NCBI GenBank assembly: GCA_027365475.1
Contig: DAHXNI010000012.1
Location: 3,456-67,455 of the forward strand
Origin: Pseudomonadota bacterium
GTDB taxonomy: Bacteria > Pseudomonadota > Gammaproteobacteria > JAKAQQ01
DNA: 64,000 bases
Direction: 5' to 3'
A program made the position numbers and the translations under genes. The notes beneath the pieces are model-generated. The model had not been told where the DNA came from. It did not search any database and saw only the letters and a program-made list of their open reading frames with translations. Shown piece by piece: positions 18,095 through 29,383 of this stretch. Numbering within the stretch: position 1 is the stretch's first letter; each line of letters opens with the position of its first letter.

Positions 18095-19473
18095 TCGACT
18101 GCACCCTGTCTGACTTGGCGCAAATCGTGGCTGGCGTGTTGCACGGCCGGGACCGCCCCTGGCGGGGAGTTTCGATCGATACCCGAACCCTGATGCCTGG
18201 TAACCTGTTTGCCGCCCTGGCTGGATCGCATCAGGACGGTCATGCGTTCGTTGGGCAGGCTTTCGCGGCCGGTGCGGCGGGTGTGCTGGTATCAAGGGTG
18301 CCCGAAGCCGGGTGCGAGGCTGCCGTCGTCGTGCCCGACCCCCTCCGTGCGCTCGGACGGCTGGCACATACCTGGCGCCGACGGTTCGGAGCTCCGGTCG
18401 CAGCCATCACCGGATCGAGCGGCAAGACCACGGTCAAGGACATGTTGTCTGCAATTCTCGGACAACACGCCCGGGTCCTCGCGACTTCCGGGAACCTGAA
18501 CAACCAGATCGGGGTTCCACTCACGCTGCTCAACGGGCCGGACGATCCGGAATATGTCGTTCTGGAACTCGGAACGAGTGCACACGGGGAGATTGCTCAA
18601 CTGGCTTCGATGGTCGAGCCGGATCTCGCGCTCGTCACCAATGCACAGGCTGCGCATCTCGAAGGGCTCGGAACAGTCGATCAGGTCGCTCATGAAAAGG
18701 GCACGCTTTATGAATCGCTGTCCGCAAATGGAATTGCGGTTTTGAGTGCCGAAGACCCGTATGCACCGCTCTGGCGCAAATCGATCGGCAAGTGCCGGAT
18801 CGTGAGTTACGGAATGGCAAAGGGTGATCTCCACCTCGCGGCACCACTCCAATGGGACGCCCGCAAAGGGATGTGGAACGGGACCGTCTGCCTGGGAGAG
18901 GACACCTGTCCACTCGAACTCTTTTTACTCGGCCGGCACAATGCCATGAACGCACTGGCAGCGATGGCTGCGGCACACGCCTGGTCGATTCCCATCGAGA
19001 CGAGTGCCCGAGCGCTGGCTCGATTCCGCCCGGTCGCGAGAAGGCTTGAGCGCAGGCGCGGACCGGATGGATTCGAGATTATCGACGATTCCTACAATGC
19101 CAATCCGCACTCCGTGATCGCCGGTATCGATGCCGCTTTGGCACTGGGGCCACCGCTTTGGCTTGTGATAGGCGAACTGGCCGAACTCGGCCCCGAATCG
19201 TCCATCTGGCACCGGGATCTCGGCCAGGTGGCGCGCGCGCGCGGCGTTCGGCGCGTGTATGCAACCGGTCAGGCGACGCAGGATCTCGTTCACGGCTTCG
19301 GCAAGGACGGGTACTGGTTCCAAACCCCGGATGCGCTGCTTGACGGGATCAAAAAGGATCTGGGAGCTGGGCCTGCCGTGATCCTCGTCAAGGGATCCCA
19401 CCGATCACGCATGGATCGGGTCGCCGATGCTCTGTCTGTCAAAGGAGGCGCTCATGCTCATCTGGCTTACTGA
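18091..19473 (+). CDS. murF: UDP-N-acetylmuramoyl-tripeptide--D-alanyl-D-alanine ligase
   Basis: ATGA overlap at 18091. [12 protein letters not shown]-loop and DDSYNANP motif. Confidence 0.92.
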   Translation: MIDCTLSDLAQIVAGVLHGRDRPWRGVSIDTRTLMPGNLFAALAGSHQDGHAFVGQAFAAGAAGVLVSRVPEAGCEAAVVVPDPLRALGRLAHTWRRRFGAPVAAITGSSGKTTVKDMLSAILGQHARVLATSGNLNNQIGVPLTLLNGPDDPEYVVLELGTSAHGEIAQLASMVEPDLALVTNAQAAHLEGLGTVDQVAHEKGTLYESLSANGIAVLSAEDPYAPLWRKSIGKCRIVSYGMAKGDLHLAAPLQWDARKGMWNGTVCLGEDTCPLELFLLGRHNAMNALAAMAAAHAWSIPIETSARALARFRPVARRLERRRGPDGFEIIDDSYNANPHSVIAGIDAALALGPPLWLVIGELAELGPESSIWHRDLGQVARARGVRRVYATGQATQDLVHGFGKDGYWFQTPDALLDGIKKDLGAGPAVILVKGSHRSRMDRVADALSVKGGAHAHLAY

Positions 19474-20539
19474 CGCGCTGGCCCACTGGATCCCGGGTTT
19501 CCGAGTCTTCCACTATCTCACCTTTCGGGCATTGCTCGCGATTGTGACGGCACTCAGCTTGACGCTTGTGCTCGGGCCATTCATGATCCGGCGGCTGGAG
19601 GCACTCCGGGTGGGCCAGGTCATACGCGAGCTTGGACCCAAACAGCATCAGTCCAAGCGGGGGACGCCCACCATGGGCGGAACCCTGATCCTTCTCTCCA
19701 TCCTCATCACGACACTGCTCTGGGCTAATCCTGCCAATCGCTATGTGCAGTTGGTACTCGCCGCACTCCTGGCTTTTGGCCTGATCGGAGGGGTCGATGA
19801 CACACTCAAACTCCGCCGTGACTCGAGCCGTGGACTTCGTGCGCGCGACAAGTTTTTCGCGCAGGGGGTTGTGGCACTGATTCTGGTCGGCGTGCTCTAT
19901 GCGACGGATCGTAATCCGCTCGCGACGACATTGCTGGTGCCGTTCGTGAAGCATGCTGCCTGGCCGCTTGGGGGCGCCGGGTTTTTGGCTGTCGGCTGGT
20001 TGGTTCTTGTCGGAACGAGCAATGCGGTCAATCTGACTGACGGACTTGATGGATTGGCCATCATGCCGACTGTGTTCGTCGCCGGCGCGCTCTCCGTCTT
20101 TGCTTATGTGACAGGCAACTACAACTTCGCCTCCTATCTCGAAATCGCCTATTTGCCGCACACCGGAGAACTTGCGGTTTTTTGCGCGAGCCTTATGGGT
20201 GCGGGTATCGGATTCCTCTGGTTCAACACGTACCCCGCCCAGGTCTTCATGGGGGATGTGGGGGCGCTTGCCCTGGGAGCCGCGCTTGGAATGATTGCAC
20301 TCATGATCCGTCAGGAAATCATGCTGGTGTTCATGGGCGGAGTTTTCGTGATCGAGACCCTTTCGGTCATTCTTCAGGTGGCCTCGTTCAAGCTGACCGG
20401 GCAACGCCTGTTCCGGATGGCCCCTCTCCACCATCATTTCGAACTCAAGGGGTGGGCTGAACCCAAAGTCATCGTGCGCTTCTGGATCATCTCCTTCGTG
20501 CTCGCCCTGCTCGCGCTCGCAACGCTCAAGGTGCGGTGA
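19454..20539 (+). CDS. mraY: Phospho-N-acetylmuramoyl-pentapeptide transferase
   Basis: ATG at 19454 preceded by AAGGAGG (19442-19448). The N-terminus [27 protein letters not shown] matches the MraY N-terminus. The track start at 19427 was rejected. Confidence 0.92.
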   Translation: MLIWLTDALAHWIPGFRVFHYLTFRALLAIVTALSLTLVLGPFMIRRLEALRVGQVIRELGPKQHQSKRGTPTMGGTLILLSILITTLLWANPANRYVQLVLAALLAFGLIGGVDDTLKLRRDSSRGLRARDKFFAQGVVALILVGVLYATDRNPLATTLLVPFVKHAAWPLGGAGFLAVGWLVLVGTSNAVNLTDGLDGLAIMPTVFVAGALSVFAYVTGNYNFASYLEIAYLPHTGELAVFCASLMGAGIGFLWFNTYPAQVFMGDVGALALGAALGMIALMIRQEIMLVFMGGVFVIETLSVILQVASFKLTGQRLFRMAPLHHHFELKGWAEPKVIVRFWIISFVLALLALATLKVR

Positions 20540-20545
20540 CCAGTC

Positions 20546-21874
20546 ATGGGTAAGGATCTCGTTTTGGGTTTGGGTCGCAGCGGCTGGGCGAGCGTGAACT
20601 GGCTGGTCAGCCAGGGTCGGACGGTGATCGCGGTTGATGACCGCCCGGCTCCGGCTGCGGGGGAAGTGCCCACGCCGCTTCCTCCGGATGTGATCCTGCA
20701 CTGGGGGGGGGTTGCCCCCGACCGGATCGCGGGGTGTGACCGGCTGGTTGCCGCGCCGGGTGTGCCCGAGACACATCCCTTGATTCAGGAAGCCCGTCGC
20801 CTGGGAATTGAAGTCATGGGCGATATCGAACTCTTTGTGCGTGCCATCCGGCGCCCGATCATTGCGATCACCGGTACCAACGGAAAAAGCAGTGTGGCGA
20901 CGCTGACCGCAGACATGCTTCACCGCTCGGGTCACCGGGTTCGCTCGGGTGCCAATCTGGGAACGCCCGTGCTCGAACTGGCCGCTGAATCCCCGGCTGA
21001 TTTTTACGTTTTCGAGCTCTCGAGTTTCCAGTTGGAGCGGACTGAATCCCTGTGTCCGCGTGCGGCCGTCGTGCTCAACATCTCTCAGGATCACTTGGAC
21101 CGCCATCCGTCTATCGACGATTATGTTCGGGCCAAGGCCCGGATCTACCGGGGTGCCGGGACCCGGGTCGCGAATCGAGAAGATCCCCTCGTGATGGCCA
21201 TGCCGGAGCTGGTTCGGTCCGATTACACCTTCGGGTGGGATCCGCCCGAGTCAGAGCAGGCGTTCGGGATCCGTACAACCGGATCGGGACTCGTTCTGGC
21301 GCGGGGCCGCGAATCCATTCTGCCTCTCACGGATGTTCCCGGCACCGGACGGGCATCCGCGCTCAATGCGCTTGCAGCACTTGCGCTCACGGCCGATCTC
21401 GGACTTGATCCTGAAGCCGTTAAAGAGGCGATCCGGTCCTTTCGCGGCCTGCCACACCGGCTCGAGTTTGTCGGTACCCTCCGTGGGGTGCGTTTTTTCG
21501 ACGACAGCAAGGCGACAAATGTCGGGTCCGCAGTGACCGCAGTCGAAAGTTTTGACGATCCTGTGGTACTGATTGCCGGGGGGGTCGGCAAGGGACAGGA
21601 TTTCACGCTCTGGTCAGAAGCGATAGCCCGGAAAGCCCGATCGGTATTTCTGATCGGCGAAAGTGCCGGATCCATGGCTGATCTGCTCAGGGGACAGTGC
21701 CCGGTCGAAATCGTCGCAGATCTTCATGAGGCGGTGCGGAGCGCCTTCCGCGCAGCAAAGGCAGGCGATGTGGTATTGCTCGCGCCCGCCTGTGCGAGTT
21801 TTGACCAGTTTCACGGTTACGCCGAGCGCGGTCGGGTATTTCAGAGTGCGTTCCGGGAGCTCGGTCATGGTTGA
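20546..21874 (+). CDS. murD: UDP-N-acetylmuramoylalanine--D-glutamate ligase
   Basis: ITGTNGKSSV P-loop and DDSKATN motif. Confidence 0.92.
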   Translation: MGKDLVLGLGRSGWASVNWLVSQGRTVIAVDDRPAPAAGEVPTPLPPDVILHWGGVAPDRIAGCDRLVAAPGVPETHPLIQEARRLGIEVMGDIELFVRAIRRPIIAITGTNGKSSVATLTADMLHRSGHRVRSGANLGTPVLELAAESPADFYVFELSSFQLERTESLCPRAAVVLNISQDHLDRHPSIDDYVRAKARIYRGAGTRVANREDPLVMAMPELVRSDYTFGWDPPESEQAFGIRTTGSGLVLARGRESILPLTDVPGTGRASALNALAALALTADLGLDPEAVKEAIRSFRGLPHRLEFVGTLRGVRFFDDSKATNVGSAVTAVESFDDPVVLIAGGVGKGQDFTLWSEAIARKARSVFLIGESAGSMADLLRGQCPVEIVADLHEAVRSAFRAAKAGDVVLLAPACASFDQFHGYAERGRVFQSAFRELGHG

Positions 21875-23042
21875 ACGGCAGCTATCTTCTCCTGGTCGTC
21901 ACGCGGTTCAAAGGCTCGATGGTGCCCTCCTCACGGTGACGTTTCTTCTGCTGGGTTTCGGTCTCGTGATGGTGGCTTCTGCCTCTGTCTTCTGGTCGAC
22001 CGCCGTCACCGGGCATGCGTGGCGCGTCTTTGACCGCCAACTCCTCTTTGCCCTTCTGGGGCTTGCAGCAGGGTTCGTCGTGCTCAATGTGCCACTCAGC
22101 CTTCTGCTCCGTTTCAGACTGTGGGCACTCGCACTCGCACTGCTTCTGCTGGCGCTGGTATTGGTGCCGGGCATCGGGCGCGAAGTAAACGGCAGTATCC
22201 GGTGGTTGCCGCTCGGACCGATCCGAATCCAGGCGTCGGAGCCGGCACTGCTTCTTTTGGCCATCTATCTCGCGGGATACGCGAGCGAGCAGGGGGGCGC
22301 GCTCCGGGAGAATCTGGCCGGTCTCGTTCGGCCACTGTTCGTCGTGGGTTGTTGTGCGATGCTGCTCCTGCTCGAGCCCGACTTCGGTGCTGCGGTCGTA
22401 CTCATAGCCATGGCAGGCACGGTATTTTTTCTGGCCGGAGCCAGGTGGCGCGATCTGTTCCGGGTGTTCTGGGTCGCCGTGTTTGGTCTCCTGCTGATCG
22501 CCTTGGCGGCACCCTATCGGGTGATCCGGCTCACGACTTTCCTCGATCCCTGGCATCACGCTCTGGGAGGCGGGTTCCAGCTTGCGCAATCGCTCATGGC
22601 CATCGGACATGGTGGATGGTGGGGCGTGGGTCTCGGGCGGGGTATCGAGAAAATGTTTTATCTACCTGAGCCCGAATCGGATTTTATTTTTGCAGTCATC
22701 GGGGAAGAGCTCGGGTTTGTGGGCATGATGGTTACGCTTGCGTTATATGGATATCTGCTGCTCAGGATTTTCCGAATCGGACGCAAGGCCGATGTCATGG
22801 GGCGCCGGTTTGAGGGTTTTTTGTGCTACGCGATCGGTGGGTGGATCGGCATGGAGGCTCTGATCAACATGGGTGTCAATCTCGGGGCACTGCCGACCAA
22901 GGGCATCACCCTGCCGCTCCTCTCTGCAGGGGGCTCCAATCTCGTGGTCACGTTGGTCGCGATTGGCCTCGTTCTCAACGTGGATGCATCGCTCGGTGGA
23001 AGGCGGATACGCAGCAATCCGGCCGGGAGAGGGTATGCCTAA
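21867..23042 (+). CDS. ftsW: Peptidoglycan glycosyltransferase / cell division protein FtsW (SEDS family)
   Basis: Internal ATG at 21867, an 8-nt overlap with murD. It is polytopic with the PLPTKGITLPLLSAGGS SEDS block. The upstream part of track ORF 21663 is in the murD shadow. Confidence 0.9.
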   Translation: MVERQLSSPGRHAVQRLDGALLTVTFLLLGFGLVMVASASVFWSTAVTGHAWRVFDRQLLFALLGLAAGFVVLNVPLSLLLRFRLWALALALLLLALVLVPGIGREVNGSIRWLPLGPIRIQASEPALLLLAIYLAGYASEQGGALRENLAGLVRPLFVVGCCAMLLLLEPDFGAAVVLIAMAGTVFFLAGARWRDLFRVFWVAVFGLLLIALAAPYRVIRLTTFLDPWHHALGGGFQLAQSLMAIGHGGWWGVGLGRGIEKMFYLPEPESDFIFAVIGEELGFVGMMVTLALYGYLLLRIFRIGRKADVMGRRFEGFLCYAIGGWIGMEALINMGVNLGALPTKGITLPLLSAGGSNLVVTLVAIGLVLNVDASLGGRRIRSNPAGRGYA

Positions 23043-24120
23043 GACACCCGTGATTGCAATCGTGGCAGGTGGAACGGGCGGACATGTGATGCCGGCGCTC
23101 GCCGTGGCGGATGCGCTCGCGCGGCGCGGTTATGGCATCCACTGGTTCGGAACCCGCCAGGGTCTCGAAGCCCGGCTCGTGCCCGAGCGGGGATATCCCC
23201 TGACCGCGCTGGCGCTGCACGGATTCCGTGGCAAGTCCGGCTGGATCCGCATCGTCGCCGCCCTTGAGCTCATGGTGGCTCTGTTCCGCAGTGGGTACGT
23301 GCTGCGTTGCCAGAGGGTCGATGCCGTATTGTGCATGGGCGGATATGCCAGTGTTGCGACCGGCACAGCCGCATGGCTGACCCGCCGCCCGCTCTTCATC
23401 CACGAACAGAATGCAATTGCGGGATGGGCCAACCGCTTGTTGCGCCCGCTCGCACGCGTGACCTTCAGTGCATTTCCAGGAGCCTTTCCGAGCGGCACCC
23501 GGGTGGTGGAATCGGGGCTCCCCGTCCGCTCCGAGATTCGTGCGCTTGAGGTACCCAGGGTCCGGTTTGCCGATCGCACTGAACCGCGTCGTCTCCTGAT
23601 ACTGGGAGGCAGTCAGGGTGCGAGACGACTGAACGAGGTGGTGCCACGGGCGTTAACGAGCTGGTCTGCACCACTTTCCGTGATTCATCAAACCGGTTTG
23701 GGTCAGGTGGAGGAAACCCGGGAAGCTTATCGCGCGAGCCCGGTCGAGGTCAGGGTCACCGCATTTCTGGATGACATCGCCGAGGCTTATGCATGGGCGG
23801 ATCTGGTCGTGGCCCGGGCAGGCGCCTCAACCGTTGCCGAACTCGCGGTGGCGGGTTTGCCATCCATTCTGGTGCCCTATCCCCACGCAGTCGATGACCA
23901 TCAGACGCACAATGCCCGCTACCTCGTGGAACGCGGAGCGGCGCGTCTTATTCCGGATGCGGAGCTCGACCCCAAAACACTTCTGCGCAACCTGCATGGC
24001 CTGCTTCAGGACCGGCAGACGCTGCTGCGCATGGCCGAGTCTGCGCGGGGGGCGGCGCATCCGGACGCGGCTGAGGTGATTGCGACAGGCATCCGACACA
24101 CGGTGGAGGGGGGAGGGTGA
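23035..24120 (+). CDS. murG: UDP-N-acetylglucosamine--N-acetylmuramyl-(pentapeptide) pyrophosphoryl-undecaprenol GlcNAc transferase
   Basis: ATG at 23035. AGGTGGHVMPALAVA and PYPHAVDDHQTHNA motifs. Confidence 0.92.
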   Translation: MPKTPVIAIVAGGTGGHVMPALAVADALARRGYGIHWFGTRQGLEARLVPERGYPLTALALHGFRGKSGWIRIVAALELMVALFRSGYVLRCQRVDAVLCMGGYASVATGTAAWLTRRPLFIHEQNAIAGWANRLLRPLARVTFSAFPGAFPSGTRVVESGLPVRSEIRALEVPRVRFADRTEPRRLLILGGSQGARRLNEVVPRALTSWSAPLSVIHQTGLGQVEETREAYRASPVEVRVTAFLDDIAEAYAWADLVVARAGASTVAELAVAGLPSILVPYPHAVDDHQTHNARYLVERGAARLIPDAELDPKTLLRNLHGLLQDRQTLLRMAESARGAAHPDAAEVIATGIRHTVEGGG

Positions 24121-25523
24121 TGCAGGCTGAGCGGATGGGGCAGATCCGGCGCATTCACTGTGTCGGGATCGGTGGAACCGGCATGAACGGGGTAGCCGAG
24201 GTGCTCCACAATCTGGGGTATGAGGTGTCCGGCTCAGATCGTGAGACGAGCCGGACCACCGAACGGCTCTCGGCTCTGGGCATTCCGGTCGTGATTGGGC
24301 ATCGGGCCGAGGCGGTTGCAAATGCCGATGTCGTCGTGATCTCGAGTGCCATCGGGACGGACAACGTCGAACTCGAAGCCGCACGGGCTCGACGGATCCC
24401 CATTATCCCGCGCGCCGAAATGCTTGCAGAACTCATGCGTTTCCGGTACGGGATTGCGGTCGCCGGGAGTCACGGGAAAACCACGACGACCGCACTCATC
24501 GCGAGCATTCTGGTCGAAGCCGGCGAAGATCCGACCTTCGTGATTGGGGGTCGCCTGAACAGTGTCTCGGCCAATGCACGGTTGGGCAGCGGACGCTATC
24601 TGGTTGCTGAGGCGGATGAAAGCGATGCCTCGTTTCTGCTCTATCAGCCACTTCTGGCTGTGGTGACCAACATCGACCGCGATCATCTGAGTACCTACCA
24701 AGGCGATTTCAATCGTCTGCGCGAGGCGTTCCATGATTTTCTGCATCACCTGCCATTTTATGGCGTGGCGGTGCTCTGTCTTGATGATCCCGAAATTGGA
24801 CGTCTCCTGCCTCGTCTGGCGCGTCCAGTCGTGAGCTACGGCTTCTCCGCGTCGGCAGACGTCCGTGCGGTGGAAGTCGTCTATGAGGGGTTGCAGACGC
24901 GGATCCGGGTGATGCGCCGATCTCGACCTGAAGCCGAGTTTCGGGTCAATCTGGTCGGACGTCACAATGCCACCAATGCCCTGGCCGCAATTGCGGTTGC
25001 AGGTGTTCTCGAACTGCCCGATGCGTCGGTCGCACGGGCACTCGCGGGATTTGCCGGAACCGGCCGGCGTTTCCAGTTTCATGGGAGCGGACATTTCGGT
25101 ACTGTTGAGTTCCTTCTGGTCGAAGATTACGCTCACCACCCGCGCGAAATCGAGGCCACCCTCGCGGCAGCGGATCTGGCCTGGCCGTCCCGGCGCAAGG
25201 TTGTCGTCTTCCAGCCTCACCGCTATAGCCGTACGTTTGAGCTCATGGATGACTTCAGCCGGGTTCTCTCCCGCACGTCGTCGCTCGTGCTGACGGAGGT
25301 CTATCCGGCGGGCGAAACGCCACGTCCGACAGCCGATGGACGTGCGCTGTCGCGGGCTGTCCGTGCGCGGGGGCAGGCCGATCCGATTTTTGCCGAGCGG
25401 ATCAGCGATATCCCGAAGATCCTCTCGAACATCGTTCGCCCCGACGATCTGGTGCTCCTGCTCGGCGCGGGCGACTGGGGCGGTGTGATCCCGGAACTGC
25501 TCCAGCGGCGGGGTGAACCATGA
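24117..25523 (+). CDS. murC: UDP-N-acetylmuramate--L-alanine ligase
   Basis: GTG at 24117 and ATG at 24120 both overlap the murG stop. GIGGTGMNG and AGSHGKTTTT motifs. Confidence 0.92.
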   Translation: MMQAERMGQIRRIHCVGIGGTGMNGVAEVLHNLGYEVSGSDRETSRTTERLSALGIPVVIGHRAEAVANADVVVISSAIGTDNVELEAARARRIPIIPRAEMLAELMRFRYGIAVAGSHGKTTTTALIASILVEAGEDPTFVIGGRLNSVSANARLGSGRYLVAEADESDASFLLYQPLLAVVTNIDRDHLSTYQGDFNRLREAFHDFLHHLPFYGVAVLCLDDPEIGRLLPRLARPVVSYGFSASADVRAVEVVYEGLQTRIRVMRRSRPEAEFRVNLVGRHNATNALAAIAVAGVLELPDASVARALAGFAGTGRRFQFHGSGHFGTVEFLLVEDYAHHPREIEATLAAADLAWPSRRKVVVFQPHRYSRTFELMDDFSRVLSRTSSLVLTEVYPAGETPRPTADGRALSRAVRARGQADPIFAERISDIPKILSNIVRPDDLVLLLGAGDWGGVIPELLQRRGEP

Positions 25524-26398
25524 ATGCCGCGATCCGCGAAAACGTTCCCATGTCCGAGCTGACCTCTTGGCGGGTGGGTGGATGCGCGCGACGTCTGGTT
25601 GAGCCCGAAGACCGGAGCGCGCTCGTTGGAGTGCTCCGCTCGCTGGATCCGTCGGAGCCGGTAATTTATGTCGGGCTGGGCAGTAATCTTCTTGTCCGGG
25701 ATGGTGGAATCCGGGGCACTGTTGTGCTTCTGAGGAAAGGATTCTCCAAAATGGTGCGGCTCGATGATCGCACCCTCCGGATTGAGGCAGGCGTGGCCTG
25801 CGCCCAGATGGCCCGCCGTGCGCTCCAGTGGAAACTCTCTGGTGCTGATTTTTTTGCCGGCATTCCAGGTACCCTCGGCGGGGCGCTCGCGATGAACGCG
25901 GGTGCATTCGGCGACGAGACTTGGCGCCACGTGAAGGCCATCGAGTGGATCAGTCGCAGCGGTGACATCGAATGGGTTCAAGCCGAGAAGTTTACGGTGT
26001 CCTACCGGCAGGTCACGGTTCCTCCGGGACAGGGATTCCTCTCGGCGGATCTCGTGTTCGAACCGGATCCGGCCGTCACGCGCAAGGGAATCCGCGAGCT
26101 TCTGGCGCGGCGTGCGGCCACGCAGCCACTCGAGCATCCGAACTCGGGATCGGTCTTTATGAATCCCCCGGGGGATCACGCGGCGCGTCTGATTGAGTCG
26201 TGTGGACTCAAGGGCTGGCGGATTGGAGATGCGGAAGTCTCGGTCAAACACGCCAATTTCATCGTGAACCGCGGACAGGCCCGTGCGCGTGACATCGAGG
26301 CGCTGATCTGCCACGTCCACGACACGGTTCAGGCGAAAACCGGTATCGATCTCACAACCGAGGTCCGCATCATTGGAGAACCCGGTCATGACGCATAA
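25520..26398 (+). CDS. murB: UDP-N-acetylenolpyruvoylglucosamine reductase
   Basis: ATGA overlap at 25520. GLGSNLL, PNSGSVF and VSVKHANFIVN motifs. Confidence 0.9.
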   Translation: MNAAIRENVPMSELTSWRVGGCARRLVEPEDRSALVGVLRSLDPSEPVIYVGLGSNLLVRDGGIRGTVVLLRKGFSKMVRLDDRTLRIEAGVACAQMARRALQWKLSGADFFAGIPGTLGGALAMNAGAFGDETWRHVKAIEWISRSGDIEWVQAEKFTVSYRQVTVPPGQGFLSADLVFEPDPAVTRKGIRELLARRAATQPLEHPNSGSVFMNPPGDHAARLIESCGLKGWRIGDAEVSVKHANFIVNRGQARARDIEALICHVHDTVQAKTGIDLTTEVRIIGEPGHDA

Positions 26399-27323
26399 AA
26401 AACACCGGGATTCGAAAGAACGCATCGCTCTCCTCGCGGGCGGTACTTCGTCGGAACGTGCGGTCTCCCTGGAAAGCGGCCGGTCTGTCCTGGAGGCGCT
26501 CGCCGGTCTGGGATTCCGGGTCGAGATGCTTGATCCGGCAGAGCAGGGCTTCATCGACCGGCTTCGGGCAGGCGGGTTTACTCGCGCGTTTAACATCCTG
26601 CATGGAGGAGCGGGCGAGGATGGATCGATCCAGGGTCTGCTTGAGATCCTGAAGATCCCCTATACCGGCAGTGGCGTGCTCGGATCCGCCTTGAGCTGCG
26701 ATAAGAACCGCACCAAGGCGCTCTGGCAGGCTTTGGGTTTGCCCACTCCTGCCGGATGGCTGCTTGAACCGGACGTCATGGAGACGCCACCGTTTCCGCC
26801 TCCCTGGTGCGTCAAACCCGTGGATCAGGGTTCGAGTGTTGGGGTGAGTCGCGTCGAGACAGAAGAGCGATTCCAACAAGCCGTCGAGGCCGCCCGGTTT
26901 TATTCCGACCGGGTGCTGGTCGAGCCGTGGATTGCCGGCGGCGAGTATACGGTCGGTTTTGTGGGGGAGGTGATCCTGCCTTCGGTCCGGATTGAAACTC
27001 CACGGGTTTTTTACGATTACGTGGCGAAGTATGAGGATCCAGCGACCCGGTATCATTGCCCATCCGGCCTCCCCGCACGCGACGAAGCTGCCCTGGGTGA
27101 CCTTGCTTGGCGCGCGGCACGGGCGCTCGGGGTATCGGGCTGGGGACGGGTGGATTTCATGCTCACCTCCCGACTCGAACCTTATCTCATCGAGGTGAAT
27201 GTCGCGCCCGGGATGACGAGCCACAGTCTCGTTCCGATGGCGGCCCGGGAAGTGGGCTGGTCGTATGCCGAGCTGTGCCAGAAAATCCTCGCTCAAGTTC
27301 GTGGAGGGACCGGAGATGGCTGA
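26388..27323 (+). CDS. ddl: D-alanine--D-alanine ligase
   Basis: ATG at 26388 with GGAGAA 8 nt upstream. GGTSSEREVSL-like segment, HGGAGEDGSIQGLLE and EVNVAPGMT motifs. Confidence 0.9.
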   Translation: MTHKKHRDSKERIALLAGGTSSERAVSLESGRSVLEALAGLGFRVEMLDPAEQGFIDRLRAGGFTRAFNILHGGAGEDGSIQGLLEILKIPYTGSGVLGSALSCDKNRTKALWQALGLPTPAGWLLEPDVMETPPFPPPWCVKPVDQGSSVGVSRVETEERFQQAVEAARFYSDRVLVEPWIAGGEYTVGFVGEVILPSVRIETPRVFYDYVAKYEDPATRYHCPSGLPARDEAALGDLAWRAARALGVSGWGRVDFMLTSRLEPYLIEVNVAPGMTSHSLVPMAAREVGWSYAELCQKILAQVRGGTGDG

Positions 27324-28095
27324 GGCAGGCCACCTGGCCAGGCGATCCCGTGCCCTGACCAAGAGCATCGGAATTCCGGCGCTCGTATGCGGTGCGGCCG
27401 TTGCGCTCTGGGTCGGGTTCCGTTCCCTGCCGTTCGGTCTGGGCCCTCCGCTTGATCATCTCGTCGTGATCAATCACGGGCGCGAAGTCAAGGCAAGTCA
27501 GGTCGAGGCACTGATCCGGCCCGACTGGTCGCGAGGCTGGCTCGGGTTTCCCTTGCGACGGGTTCGGCGCCGGCTCGAGCGAATGCCGTGGGTGGCGCGG
27601 GCGAGTCTCGAGCGGATTTTCCCTGATACGCTCGTGGTCACGGTCTTCGAACAACACCCGATCGCACGACTGCGCCGGCGTGGACTCGTCAACCGGGCTG
27701 GCGTCCTCTTTTATCGTGGCGCCCTGCCGACCCGTTTTACCAGACTCCCCGAAATCAGGGGTCCGTTGGGCAGCCTCCACGCTCTCGTCCGGACCGACCT
27801 TGCGTTTGGGCGTGTCCTTAAAGCAGGCGGTTTCGCAATTCAGACGCTCACCGAGGACCGCCGGGGCGGCTACCGGGTCCGGTTATCGTCCGGCGTGAGC
27901 CTCCGGCTCGGACAGGGTCGGCCGCGCGCGCGCCGCCGGCTCATGCGATTTCTGAACGTGGTGCGACCGGCACTGGGCAAAAAGCTCAACGCCGCAGCCT
28001 ACGTCGATCTGCGTTATGTGCGCGGTTTCGCGGTCGGCTGGCGCCGACCCGGAGCCGCCCCACTCCATTTACGAACGAGGATGCCGTATGGCTAA
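27316..28095 (+). CDS. ftsQ: Cell division protein FtsQ
   Basis: ATG at 27316, an 8-nt overlap with ddl. It has a single TM and a POTRA-like region, and sits between ddl and ftsA. Confidence 0.8.
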   Translation: MAEAGHLARRSRALTKSIGIPALVCGAAVALWVGFRSLPFGLGPPLDHLVVINHGREVKASQVEALIRPDWSRGWLGFPLRRVRRRLERMPWVARASLERIFPDTLVVTVFEQHPIARLRRRGLVNRAGVLFYRGALPTRFTRLPEIRGPLGSLHALVRTDLAFGRVLKAGGFAIQTLTEDRRGGYRVRLSSGVSLRLGQGRPRARRRLMRFLNVVRPALGKKLNAAAYVDLRYVRGFAVGWRRPGAAPLHLRTRMPYG

Positions 28096-29326
28096 AAAAT
28101 CCGATAAGACATTGGTGGTGGGTCTCGACATCGGGACGTCCAAGGTGGTTGCCTTGGTGGGTGAACTCCACAAAGAGGGGGCGATCGAGGTCATTGGAAT
28201 TGGTTCCCACCCCTCGCGTGGACTCAAACGCGGAGTCGTGGTGAACATCGATTCAACCGTGCAATCGATCGAGCGGGCGATCGCCGAGGCTGAGTTCATG
28301 TCCGATATCGAGATCGATTCGGTCTATACCGGTATTGCAGGCAGTCACGTGCGCAGCCTCAACTCGCATGGCATCGTGGCCATCCGTGAGCAGGAGGTCA
28401 CGCACGAGGATGTGACGCGGGTCATCGATGCTGCTCGAGCGGTTGCGATTCCAGCGGATCAGAAAGTGCTCCATGTCGTTCCGCAGGAGTTCATCGTGGA
28501 TCAGCAGGGGGATGTGCGCGAGCCGGTCGGTATGTTTGGCGTGAGACTCGAGGCCAAGGTACACATCGTGACTGGCGCCGTCTCTGCGGCCCAGAACATT
28601 GTGAAGTGTATCGAACGCTGCGGGCTTCGGGTGCAGGGCATGGTATTGGAACAGTTGGCTTCCGCGGAAGCCACCCTCACCGAGGACGAGAAGGAACTCG
28701 GTGTGGCATTGGTCGATATCGGGGGTGGCACAACCGATCTCGCGGTCTTTTCGCATGGCGCAATTCGCCACACCGCGGTCATTCCAATCGCGGGCGACCA
28801 GGTCACGAACGATATCGCCATCACGCTCAGGACCCCGAGCCACCACGCTGAGGATATCAAGCTTCGCTATGGCTGCGCCCTCTCGCAGCTCGCGAGCCCC
28901 GAAGAGACAATTGAGGTTCCGAGCGTAGGTGAGCGTCCATCGCGCAAACTCGCGCGCCAGGCCCTGGCTGAAGTGATCCAGCCGCGCTACGAGGAGCTCT
29001 TCACCCTCATTCAGCATGAAATCCAGCGCGCGGGCTACGAGGATCTTGTTCCGGCTGGCATCGTGCTGACAGGCGGCGCCTCCAAGATGGAAGGCGCAGT
29101 CGAGTTGGCCGAAGAGATTTTCCACGCGCCGGTCCGGCTGGGGATACCTCAGGCCGTGACCGGCCTTCAGGATGTTGTCTCCAATCCGATCTATGCGACG
29201 GCTGTGGGCCTTTTGCTGCACGCGGCCCGCGAGGAATCGGCGCCACGGGTTGACCGGATGCGGTTGCGCGAAGACTTTGAGGGGATCTGGGTGCGGATGA
29301 AACAGTGGTTCCAGGGCAATTTTTGA
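28088..29326 (+). CDS. ftsA: Cell division protein FtsA
   Basis: ATG at 28088. LVVGLDIGTSKV and VDIGGGTTDLAVF actin-fold motifs. Confidence 0.92.
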   Translation: MAKKSDKTLVVGLDIGTSKVVALVGELHKEGAIEVIGIGSHPSRGLKRGVVVNIDSTVQSIERAIAEAEFMSDIEIDSVYTGIAGSHVRSLNSHGIVAIREQEVTHEDVTRVIDAARAVAIPADQKVLHVVPQEFIVDQQGDVREPVGMFGVRLEAKVHIVTGAVSAAQNIVKCIERCGLRVQGMVLEQLASAEATLTEDEKELGVALVDIGGGTTDLAVFSHGAIRHTAVIPIAGDQVTNDIAITLRTPSHHAEDIKLRYGCALSQLASPEETIEVPSVGERPSRKLARQALAEVIQPRYEELFTLIQHEIQRAGYEDLVPAGIVLTGGASKMEGAVELAEEIFHAPVRLGIPQAVTGLQDVVSNPIYATAVGLLLHAAREESAPRVDRMRLREDFEGIWVRMKQWFQGNF

Positions 29327-29383
29327 GAGGAGTAGTCATGAAATGGTTTTTATTTTTTCAACGTTACTGTGGAGGGTTGAATC